Source: Cladosporium halotolerans
Lineage: Eukaryota
Assembly (NCBI RefSeq): GCF_011745625.1
Contig: NW_027191498.1
Coordinates: 114,416-134,415, forward strand
Direction of reading: 5' to 3'
Length of the DNA: 20,000 bases
Numbering within the stretch: position 1 is the first letter of the stretch; every line of letters begins with the position of its first letter. The notes beneath the pieces were generated by a model, which saw only the letters and a list, made by a program, of their open reading frames with translations, made no database searches and was not told the origin of the DNA. The position numbers were made by a program, and so were the translations under genes. Below, in pieces: positions 8,007-18,044 of the stretch.

Positions 8007-10718
8007 ATGGCGGCTCCTCAAGTCGCTCGCCCGGCCCCAGCGCCTCGCCGTCGCGACCCTCCTCGACCTTCAATATCCACCAAGCGCAGCGCTCCCAGCG
8101 ACTCTGCTGCCCCAGACCAAATAGCGAAAAAGCGAAAGCTGAGCGAGCCATATGTCCGCGATAGCCAATACATCCTGCGCAAGCACAAAAACAAGCCACC
8201 GTCCCTGGTCATCCACCTTCACCCTACCCATTTTCGCTTCGAGAACCAAGATGGCAGCTTCGCCTACGACTCGCCAATGCGCTTTGTGCTCCAGCACCTC
8301 AAGCGTCAGACTGTGCCACACGAAATACTGGAAGATCTGCTGGCGGCGAAAGTGCAGTTTTACGACGGATGCCTAATTGTGGAAGTACACAACCATCGCG
8401 GCGCTGGAGGGAAGAAGCAGGGCCCACGGGATAAGAGCGCAGACAAGGACAAATTCTCTATGCACGGCTACAATGAGCATATTACACCCTCGCCTTACGC
8501 ACCGTTTCCTAGTAAGGAGCAAGCTGCTGCTGAGGCGTACACACCGGAGAAAGCAAGTGACAATACGCCAGAGCGCCCTAAAGGTAGCGAAAAGCAGGGT
8601 CCGCGCGTCTCGACAATCGTGTTGCATCCTACCGAGCAGACCAAGCATGAAGAAGTCATGATTCTCGCTCGCACCCCAATGTCAGAAATTCGGAAGAACA
8701 AGAATGCAGGTGATTCAACGGCATCAGATGCTCAAGAAGGTGGCTCACAATCGAAAGCGCCGACGACACCTGGGGCGGCTTCAATTTCACAGTCGGAGAA
8801 GATGGCTATGGACCAAAGCGAACTTTACAGCTTCCAAGCTGAGCAGCTCGTCACGACTGAGCCACCTCTTTGTTTGGATGTCGCAAAAGATGCGGAAGAG
8901 TCTCAGGCCATCCTAGACCTTCTTGCTCACCCCTTGCACTCCGGCCAGCCGCCTGCACCAAGAGAGCGGAAGAGAACTACAGCAGAAATGGCTGCCGACG
9001 ATGCACAGGCGGCTGAGGCTGAGCGTAGAATGCTCATCATGGACGAGCGCATCAAGCCTTCAGCACGGACTGCTGCCGGCGCTGCAGCAAGCGACAACCA
9101 ATCAGCTGCGGCGTCCCTTGGTTTCTCGCGCTTCAAGACGATTGAGATGGTCCGGCAAAATCACGAGAAAGCCGAGCGCGAGAAGAAAGAGGAAGAGGCT
9201 CGCGCGGCCGTGGAAAAACGGCAGTTCGAGGAGCAGGCAGCACAGCAGCAGAAGATGCTACAGGCACAGAAGCAACGCGAAATGCTGATGCAGCAGCAGC
9301 ACCTCAAGCAGAGACAAATGGCTGCACAACAACAAGCCGAGATGTTACGCCAGCAGCAGATCTCGCAGCAAGCCAACATGATGCAAGGTCATGGGCACCC
9401 GGGCCAGAACAACATGATGCAAAACCAGCAGCAGGGCAATTTCCAAAATCCCCAGATGGCTGGCGTGCAAGGAAGCCCTGTGCCTCGGCAGCAATCGCAG
9501 ACGCCCATGATGCAGTCAAGTCCTATGGCTCAGCAAGGTGGCTTCCCTATGGCGCCACAGGCTTCAAACACTGGTGCTGGAAGCCCACCTCGTCCGGCTT
9601 CCGCTACTATGCAGCACCCGGGAGTGGCAATGGCAAGGAATGCAAGCCAGCAAGCTTCAGGCAGCCGCAACCACACCCCTCAGATGGCAAACACACCATC
9701 CATGGCTCAAGCGATGCCAGGGAGGCAAACTTCTCAGACTCCGCGCATGCAGCCAGGCAGCCCCGCTGTGGGAATGGCGCAGAACACACCGAATGGCCTC
9801 ATGATGCAAAACGGTGGTCAGAACTTGACGCCCGAGCAGTTAGCTCTGCTTCAGGCGCAGAGAAATCTGAACTCGGGCCAAGGTATGATGCAGGCCGGCA
9901 ACGGAGCAAGCATGACCCCACAGGAAATCCAATTCACTCAACAGATGGCGAGACTCCAATCATTGCGGGCTCAGAGCAGTGCGCAGTACCAGCAATTCAA
10001 TGCCATGGGTGACCCTGCGCGTGCGCAACAAGAGCGACAGCGTATCATTACGATCAGTCAAAACATGAAACAATTGCAGCAGGCGCATGCGCAAAGACAA
10101 ATGGCCGGCAATGCTGGCAGTCCAGGCATGGGAATGCAGCAACAGACGCCACAAGTAGGACACGCCCACCCTGGTATGCAACAGCAGGGACAGCAACAAG
10201 GACAGCAGCAGGGTAATAACATGCTACACCAGCAGCAAGCAATGGCCCAGCAACAATTCGCTCAACAACAGCGACAAGGTCATGCACAGCTGCAAGCACT
10301 TATTCAGCGCCACGGTGGAACCATCCCTCAAGACGTTCTTGCCACGATGCCTGCGCATCTCAAGTCGCTTTTACACCAACAGCAAATGAAGCAGCAGCAG
10401 GCGCGAGCCCAAGCGCAAGCTCAGGCCCGGATGCAAGGTCAGCATCAACAGCAGCAGCAACATCAAGGTGGCCAAGTTGGAAACGAGCAATACGTGCAAC
10501 ACCTACAGCGCATGCAGAATCAATTGGGTATGCAGATGGGGCAACCGCAACAGCAACAGACTCCTGGAGGCAACATGGGCATGCAAATGGGCATGAACAA
10601 CATGCAGCAGTTCGGTGGTCAACAGCAGCAGCAAGGCCAAGGCCAAGGCGATCCGCTTCAGGCACAATTTGCGGCTATGGCAAACGCTTTGCAGCGGGGC
10701 GGGCAAGGCATGCAGTAG
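8007..10718 (+). CDS. SPT20: SAGA complex subunit Spt20, 903 aa, with a long Q/M/G-rich C-terminal half
   Basis: Spt20-family domain signature PPSLVIHLHPTHFRFENQDGSFAYDSPM...FYDGCLIVEVHNHR...TIVLHPT...EPPLCLD, followed by a low-complexity glutamine-rich region. Uninterrupted ORF. Confidence 0.9.
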   Translation: MAAPQVARPAPAPRRRDPPRPSISTKRSAPSDSAAPDQIAKKRKLSEPYVRDSQYILRKHKNKPPSLVIHLHPTHFRFENQDGSFAYDSPMRFVLQHLKRQTVPHEILEDLLAAKVQFYDGCLIVEVHNHRGAGGKKQGPRDKSADKDKFSMHGYNEHITPSPYAPFPSKEQAAAEAYTPEKASDNTPERPKGSEKQGPRVSTIVLHPTEQTKHEEVMILARTPMSEIRKNKNAGDSTASDAQEGGSQSKAPTTPGAASISQSEKMAMDQSELYSFQAEQLVTTEPPLCLDVAKDAEESQAILDLLAHPLHSGQPPAPRERKRTTAEMAADDAQAAEAERRMLIMDERIKPSARTAAGAAASDNQSAAASLGFSRFKTIEMVRQNHEKAEREKKEEEARAAVEKRQFEEQAAQQQKMLQAQKQREMLMQQQHLKQRQMAAQQQAEMLRQQQISQQANMMQGHGHPGQNNMMQNQQQGNFQNPQMAGVQGSPVPRQQSQTPMMQSSPMAQQGGFPMAPQASNTGAGSPPRPASATMQHPGVAMARNASQQASGSRNHTPQMANTPSMAQAMPGRQTSQTPRMQPGSPAVGMAQNTPNGLMMQNGGQNLTPEQLALLQAQRNLNSGQGMMQAGNGASMTPQEIQFTQQMARLQSLRAQSSAQYQQFNAMGDPARAQQERQRIITISQNMKQLQQAHAQRQMAGNAGSPGMGMQQQTPQVGHAHPGMQQQGQQQGQQQGNNMLHQQQAMAQQQFAQQQRQGHAQLQALIQRHGGTIPQDVLATMPAHLKSLLHQQQMKQQQARAQAQAQARMQGQHQQQQQHQGGQVGNEQYVQHLQRMQNQLGMQMGQPQQQQTPGGNMGMQMGMNNMQQFGGQQQQQGQGQGDPLQAQFAAMANALQRGGQGMQ

Positions 10719-11159
10719 GATGCTGCTCTTGCTCAGCTGCCGAACGAGGGCGTCATGAACGCTCCTAATGACCTACAAGTGAGCGCGGCCGAAGGCTACA
10801 ACTGGTCTCCTCAGCAAGACTCCACGGGTCCTTCTTCTCCTACGCTGAACAATCATGTCCATAGCCATCCGGTCAAAATCGGAGGCGGACAGACGCCCAG
10901 AGCGCCCGTAGTACCTATGCGCACACCTGCCAGTATCGCCGCCACCTCACAGTACATTCCACCAAACGATCTGTCTTCGCCTGGATTGGCTTCTACGGTG
11001 CGAACAGCAGATGCTGGATACAGGTCAAGGCGCGAGCCTACTCCACTTGGCGCTGCGCTGAGAGCCACGGTCAGGGCTGAAGCACCAGATATTGAACAAA
11101 CGACAGGAAGCTCAAACGGTATCGCTGGGAATGATGAATCCATCCAAGGCTGGTTCTAG
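10719..11159 (+). other. Open frame continuing in register after the Spt20 stop (146 codons; internal ATG at 10755); coding status uncertain
   Basis: CAG TAG GAT GCT GCT CTT GCT CAG CTG CCG AAC GAG GGC GTC ATG..., with no stop until TAG at 11157-11159. Confidence 0.4.
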
Positions 11160-11592
11160 CGTGGCCAACGACCGTAGCGAATTTAGAAGACGGCGAAACG
11201 ATGCATCCATCGTTCAATTTTTTTGTTGAAGATTGGGTCAGGCTCTGTTGATGAAGCATTTTGACAGGAAGAGAATTGGAAGCTGTTTATCAATAATTTT
11301 GCTCCAGGCCAATTTTCGGTAATCCTAGGTTGGAGAATTGTATTGGTAGATCGGGGCCATTACCTACAGAATCACGCTGAAGCTCACATTGTATTCTGTC
11401 GTCTGCAATTTCCAGCCGACCGTTGTCAGTAACACTGCGTATCACACAATCTATTATATACCAGTCGACTCGTTTCTTATCGCCCTTGTGTTCTACGACG
11501 AACCTCGGGTTGGACAGTCAATGATGCGCGTGACGATCCCCCACGCCCACTTTCTGGCCAGTTTTGCTTCCGCTAACTCCAATGATGCCCTG

Positions 11593-11598
11593 CACGTG
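11593..11598. promoter_or_regulatory. CACGTG E-box, candidate Pho4/NUC-1/PalcA site upstream of phoD
   Basis: TGCACGTGTT about 380 bp upstream of the phoD ATG. It fits known phosphate regulation, but 6-mers also occur by chance. Confidence 0.35.
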
Positions 11599-11975
11599 TT
11601 GATCCAGCCTGCCACCAGGACCCACTACACCTCCTCCATGACCCGCCGGACGACAACACGCTCTACGGACGTCCTTAAGAGTCGCCCGCCACAGTCACTA
11701 CCCTTGCAAACATTCACCTAGCGGAGACGCTTTCCACAGACACTCCGCATTCTTTTGCCCTCATCGGCCGCGTCACCTTCCATGCTCTAGCACACGACGA
11801 CGTGTGGCCGCTTGCGAGGACTTGATGTCTTTGTGGCTGAGCAGGCGACAGGATCTTTGACGGACGCTTGCAGCAGCATATTATCGCGGCTGCGAGAGCC
11901 GGAAACCTTGTGCGACGAAGCCCGTCCATCTGTTCGACGTAGCACACGAAGCTCATACAAGGTTCCTTGCTTACG

Positions 11976-14281
11976 ATGCGGCTTCAAACCTTGTCCACAG
12001 CGGCCTTCGCTGTTCTCGCCTCTGGAAGCTGGACAAAGGTATGTCAAAGTGGAATTGCTTGGAAAATCGCCATTTGTAACTCTGTTTTAGAACATCAACT
12101 ACCGCTCTCCATCCGAGCACCATCCAGGCCTCGGCGTAGCTCTCCACAAAGTCAACAAACGCAACACGCCCGAGAAGAGCTTCAAACCCTCAGACCTCAG
12201 CTTTACTCATGGAGTAGCGTCTGGTGATCCGTACTCAGACTCTGTGATCCTCTGGACTCGCGTGTCGCCACAGTATGATTCCGTCGACGACAATGGTCCT
12301 GTTACAGGCGATGTCCCGCTCTACTGGCACGGCCCTGAACAGACTGTTTCTACAGCACCAATTTGCGTAGACTACCAAGTCTCTCCTACAAAGGATTTCG
12401 CCCAGGTAGTAGACAGTGGAAAGGCTTACACATCCAGCGATGTGGATTATACGGTGAAAGTCGAAGCCACCGGCTTGGAAGCCTTCACTCGCTACTACTA
12501 TCAGTTCAGTGTTTGCGATAGCAATAACACCAGCCCAATCGGCAGGACGAAGACGTCGCCTGGAGTAAATGACGATGTTAGCCAGGTGAATCTGGCTGTG
12601 TACAGCTGCGCCAATTACCCTTTTGGATACTTCAATGCATACGGAAATCCCGTCCGAAAGGACAGTGTTGACTACGTCGTTCATCTGTAAGTCTTCGTCA
12701 GCCTGAACGTAGCCTCCAATACACACTAACCAGCCCATCAGAGGTGACTACATTTACGAATACCGTGGCAACGGCGACTACGGCAACGGAGCGCCCATCG
12801 GCCGCATCCCCAAACCCGAGCGCGTCATCCACACCCTCTACGACTTCCGCGAACGCTACGCAACCTACCGCAGCGACCTAGACCTCCAGCTGTCCCACCA
12901 AGCCTTCCCCTGGATCCCCACCTGGGACGACCACGAAGTCGCCGACAACACCTACCGCGACGGCGCCGCCGACCTGGCCAACAACGAAGCCTCGTTCATC
13001 AACGACGGCGGCTTCTCCATCGACCAGGTGAAGATGAACGCAGTCCGCGCCTACTTCGAGTGGATGCCGATCCGGCAGGTCGAGATGGACGACAACCTGC
13101 GCATCTGGCGCTCCTTCAGCATCGGCAAGCTGTTCGACCTGATGATGCTCGACACGCGGCAGTACGACCGGTCCATCACCGACCTGTACTGGAACACGGA
13201 CTACATCCACGCGATCGCCGACGACGCCGGGCGCACGATGATGGGCTCGCGGCAGGAAAACTGGCTGTACAACGAGCTCTCCGCCAGCGCCGCGCGCGGC
13301 GCCGCCTGGCGCCTCGTCGGCTCGCAGACCGTCTTCGCGCGCCTCAACCAGTCCATCGTCTACGGCCCCGGCAACCCCTACAACTACGACCAGTGGGACG
13401 GGTACGAGGCGAACCGCAACCGCACGCTGCACCACCTCGCCCGCAACGCCATCGACAACACCATCGTGCTCTCCGGCGACAGCCACGCAAACTGGGTCTC
13501 CAACCTGCTCGGCGACTACGGCGACCCGGGCTCGCACCTCGGCGTCGAATTCGCCGGCACGGCCATCACCTCGCCCCCGCCCGCGGGCGAAGCCTCCGTG
13601 CCCGCCGCCAACCGCGAGAGCGACCTCTTCTCCGCGCACAACGCGCACCTGCACTGGAACGAGATGTTCTACCGGGGCTACTTCGAGCTGCGGATCACGG
13701 CCGACGAGCTGCGCGCGGCCTTCTTCGGCCTCCCGGACATCCGGACGCGCAACGCGCTCGAGATCCCGCTGGCGAACTTCAGCGTGCGCGCGGGCGAGAA
13801 CCGGCTCGCGGAGCCCGTCGGCGGCGGCAGGGCGGAGACGGGCTGCCTGAAGGGCGGCGAGGTCGCGCTGAGCTACCTGACGAACGACACGGAGACGGGG
13901 CAGTGGTTTGTGGGGGAGCCGAGCCAGGTGAGTGCGAGCAACAATGCGTCTGGTGCGTCTGGTGCTGCTGTTGTTGGTGCGGGGACGAATGCGAGCGGCG
14001 GGGTGTGGTAGGCCCCCACCCCTGGGTTCGCTCTGGCCTTGTTCGTTTGCGACAAGACCGTGTGGATAGATGCGTATGGCTACGCTTTCTTTCGACCAAA
14101 CATGTGTTCTCAGAGAATTTCCGGGCTGACGTTTCTGTGAAAGCCTGTTCCTCACGCCCTCTACTGGGTTCTCGCCGCCGGAGCGGGGATCGTGGCCGTG
14201 ACGATCGTGCTCAGCTTTGCCATTACGTGGTCGACGAGGAGAGCGAGATATATGGTTCTTGATGGCGAGGATTCCGGCTAG
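11976..14281 (+). CDS. phoD: PhoD-family alkaline phosphatase. Exons 11976-12038, 12091-12686, 12742-13927, 14144-14281 (660 aa, C-terminal TM helix); an intron-retained form would stop at 14011 (642 aa)
   Basis: Signal peptide, then motifs FTHGVASGDP..VILWTR, GRTKT, AVYSCANY..GYFNAY, HLGDYIYE, WDDHEVADN, LDTRQY, DQWDGY, LSGDSH. Introns 12039-12090 (GTATGT..TAG), 12687-12741 (GTAAGT..CTAAC..CAG) and 13928-14143 (GTGAGT..GCTGAC..AAG) are all phase-consistent. The last exon is less certain than the family call. Confidence 0.92.
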
Positions 14282-15102
14282 AAGGGAGAAGGATGATTGT
14301 GCGTGCACGTGGGGTTTGCCTAAAGAATCTCTCTCGCATTTCACGGAAAAGCATGGGGCGGGGGCGCATGTGTTGCATATGTTATGTAATGTAATGTGTT
14401 ACGACAGTGAATATAATGACTGATGAGTTTGAGCGTTGCTTTTTCCCTGTAGACTCCTTCGCTGCCTGTGTGTAGCATCTTCTCTGTGGTAAATGAAGGA
14501 AGAACGCTTCAGCTTTGGTCAGGTCGAGAGCGCCAGCAACACAATCGAACCATCACGCTTCGACAAGTGTAAGCCTCACTCACTTCTCACTTCAGAAGGC
14601 CTGTCCAAGAACGGCATCTGACCAACACTCAACACGGAATCCTGAAAATCTCGGACCAAAACCAGTGAAAAGAGAAGGAAAAAAAAGTCTTCCTCCATAA
14701 GGTATCTGAACCTGCTCTGACCTGACCCAATCCGATCACCTCTTCTCCCCAGATTCGAGTCCAGACGAGACCCTCCTCCCCTGATCCTCCCCTCATCAAT
14801 CCATCCACCTCCCCAGAACCAAAAAAAAGTCATTCACAAGAAAATGGACCAGACCAGCCAGGCACCCCGTTCCTCCTCTGGCCATCCTCGCATTATCCGA
14901 CCGTTTCTTTCATTCCACACCTCTACCCTGGATGAGCCAAACTCAGTGAATAACGGACCAGCAAGCCATCTCCTCTCACCCTCCTCATAATCCATCATGC
15001 GCAACAACCCCGATCCGCAAGCCAACATCATCGCGCGCTCGCTCGCTAACGTGTAGGATTGGATATTCGCTTCGCTTTTTTTTCCTCCTCCGCAAAGCAA
15101 GG

Positions 15103-15119
15103 CACACACACACACACAC
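15103..15119. repeat. (CA)8 microsatellite downstream of the Hsp70-like gene
   Basis: cacacacacacacacac read directly. Confidence 0.8.
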
Positions 15120-15552
15120 GCACGCGCAGCACTAAGGAAAGGAAAAGCAAAGAAAGCAAATTCAGAGAACTTTGGGTATGTAGAAAGCCAATTTCCGCAG
15201 CAGGAAACGAGGAGCAAAAGCATTAAAACGAGCATGAAAGAAGTTTCGGAGCCTTACGTTTTTGGTTTTTGGTATCCGTCCCCGGGGCTCGGTTCGTGTA
15301 ACGTCAAGGTCCGAGTGGAAATTTGAAGGTGGCGGTAGCTGTCTGGAGTGCGCGAGGGCGGAGCCGCTTTGTTTTGAGGTTGTAAGCTCCGAGCAAGTCG
15401 ACTGATGCCGGTCCCAGAAGCCGCGCCTTATCCAATAGGACAATAAGAGAAGAGTCGAGCTGCATCCGTGCGCCACCCGCCAGGCATGCTGTAGCACGGA
15501 GGTCGTTCGCGCGCATAGCCTGCAAAATGGTAAGTTCGTCGGCGCGAAGGCT

Positions 15553-18044
15553 CTACCTGAACCTGGCGGAGCAGCGGCCCATGACCTCGCCCTGGCAGAC
15601 GAGTTCGGCGTTGAATTCGGAGCCGTCGAGGGTGAGGTAGATGTCGAAGTAGACGCGGTAGAAGGTGCCCTGCGGCGTGTCCATGCGCTCAAAGTCCTTC
15701 TCGAGGTTCTTGCGGCTGAGGTCGGAGGTGAGGGTGACAATCTCCTTGATGCCTGTGGAACGGTCAGCGTAAAATCTGGTGGTCGAGTTTTGAAGGTGGG
15801 AAAGCTTACGAGGATCCTTGGTGTATTCTGGGCAAACGTCCTCGTCACAAGCGTAAAGCACATCCTCATACATGAGCGTTGCGCCAGGCGCCACCTGTCG
15901 GAAGAACGAGACCTTGACCGGCTCGCCGATCTTGACTCTCTGACCCTTCTGCACGAAGATCTGGCGGGTGTATTTGCACCTGTCTTTTCCGTCGAGCGAC
16001 GGCACACGGTACTGCTCGGGGTGGTGGCCCTCTTTAAACGGTTGCAGGGTTGCCATGAGGTAGTGGCGACGTGCAACACGGGAGGTGATGACACGTTCAG
16101 TGATACCGGCTGTGACAGCGCCCTTGACAATGGCGGCGACGGAGTCCATGGGACGGACCACCTTGTTCTGGAACTGCGGAGGGACGTGCAGCTTGATCTG
16201 CTGGAAGAGGTATTCTGAAGCACCGAAACCACCAACAACCAGGACGTTCTGTGAGGATGAAGTTAGCGACCTGTATCCTTGTAACTTCAAAAGCAATTTG
16301 ACTTACCTGCAGAAGTCTGTTCTGTGCCTGGATGGCAATGATCTGGTTGCGAACAAGCTCCAAGATTCTGTTAACCACAGGCTCAAAGCACTGCAGGATC
16401 TCCTCGTTTGTGAAAGTCATGTATCCTTCCTCGATTCCAGCTTCGGGGAATTCGGCTTCGATGCCCACATCAACGGCCCACTTCTGACCGTTATTCCTGA
16501 AGTCGGCCTTGATCCTGTTCTCAAAGTCCATGATACACTTGGCGTACACCTTGCCAGCGGTCTTTGAGCCATCCGGCAGCTTCATCTTGCGAATCTTCGC
16601 GCGGAGAATGTTGGAGAAGTTGCGGTTCAGCGCCGTAGAACCGCAAGAGTCACCGGAACCTGCTGTGCACTCTGCGACTGTGAAAGGCGACTCTTCCTCA
16701 ACTTCGTAGGCGATCAAATCGACAGTACCACCACCGCAGTCGACGATGAGGATGGCATCGTGAACCTTGAGGTTGAGCAGGCCAGTCTTAGCGCAGAACA
16801 TGGCAGCGGCTTCGGGTTCGGTGATCAAGGTGAGGCGGTTGTCGTTCTCGTCGCGAAGAAAGCCAGCCTGGATGGCGGCGGCTCTTGTCGCAGCCTTGCC
16901 AGCATCGTTCCAGATAGCAGGCACAGTGAGGAAGTAGCGAATGTTGCGCTCCTCGCGGTTGAATACCTCACCCAAGCTCTTCTGCAGCTGGTTACGCATT
17001 GCCTGTCGTAACTTGAAGAGGTAGTCGGCCGCGACATCGATTTCGGACTTTCCAGGAGGAAGCGGGGGGAGGTTGATCGGATCGATGTAGGTGTTGCCAG
17101 AAAGCATCAACTGCAACTTGAACCACTCCACCTTTTGAACACCGGGCTTGGGGTAGCCAGTGGGTGCAAGCGCATCCGCAATGTCAGGGCCCCAGCCGAC
17201 GACTTGCTGGTGCTGGTCGTAGTAGAGGACGGTGGGAATCTGCAAAATATTTGAGTTAGCGCATGTTGCACGACTGAAATTGCTTGCAGTGATACCTTCT
17301 GCTTCGTCTGTGTGCCTGCGCCAGGCCACTCGACGATGATATCCTCTTTGGCCTCGGTGTTTGTGGCGAAAGCAAAAGCGACACCGGAAAACGTCGTGCC
17401 CTGTGTCAGATGTCAGCAAAGTCCTTTCTTGCGATCGACCATACTTTACGCACGAAGTCAATGCCGACGATCAACTGCGCCTTGCTCCGGTTGTTCCCCT
17501 CGACCTCCGCCAAACTTCTTCCATACAGAGGGTTGGTGGATTGCGGCGCGCCGTAGCCGTAGGCTTGCTGTTGCTGCATCGGATAGCCCGGCGGGGCAGG
17601 CGCCTGCTGACCGTACATGTGCTGCTGGTGCTGAGGCGCGTACGCGTGTCCGCCGCCGGTGTTGATGGGCGGCGGCGGCATTGGGCTCGTGGGCCTGCCC
17701 TGGTTAGGATGGGGTGCGCCGAGGTTGTTGCCCTGGTTAGCATACTGGTACGACGGTGGCCGACCGAGCGGCTGCTGGGGGTTCATGTTGAGCGAGGTGG
17801 TGGAGGCTGACGCGGCCGGCGCAGTGGAGGTGGACGACGGCGGCTGGTGGGAGGAGTTGTTGGAGGCGAGGCTGTTGGTAGCGGACGAGGTGCCGTTGGA
17901 GGCAGAGGCAGAGGCGGCGGGGGCGCTCGGGGTGAGGGTGCTCGTGGAGGCGGTCTTGGATGTTTGCTGGGGCGCGGGCTTGTCGCTGCTCGGTCTGCGG
18001 GTCGAGCCAACTAGTTTGCGGAATCGGGAGTTCATGGAGGACAT
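15553..18044 (-). CDS. Hsp70-family (HSPA12-like) actin-fold ATPase, about 755 aa. Exons 18044-17454, 17400-17296, 17239-16307, 16248-15810, 15752-15553
   Basis: Motifs LIVGIDFGTTFSGVAF, KIPTVLYYD, LTVPAIW, LITEPEAAA, IVDCGGGTVDL, VLVVGGFGASEYL. Four GT-AG introns of 53-58 nt give a total CDS of 2268 nt, divisible by 3. The start (MSSMNSRFRK) is the least certain part; the N-terminus is S/P/Q-rich and probably disordered. Confidence 0.92.

Noticed and set aside
7500..8164. ORFs in the kelch/Spt20 divergent spacer
   Set aside because: Non-ATG starts and no motifs; consistent with a GC-rich promoter and 5' UTR.
14008..14013. Alternative donor GTAGGC overlapping the phoD stop at 14011
   Set aside because: It is phase 2, which is incompatible with the phase-0 acceptor at 14143 that opens the TM exon.
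12878..14344. 488-aa minus-strand and 400-aa plus-strand ORFs overlapping phoD
   Set aside because: By-products of extreme GC3 in phoD exon 3; Arg-rich or low-complexity translations with no family motifs.
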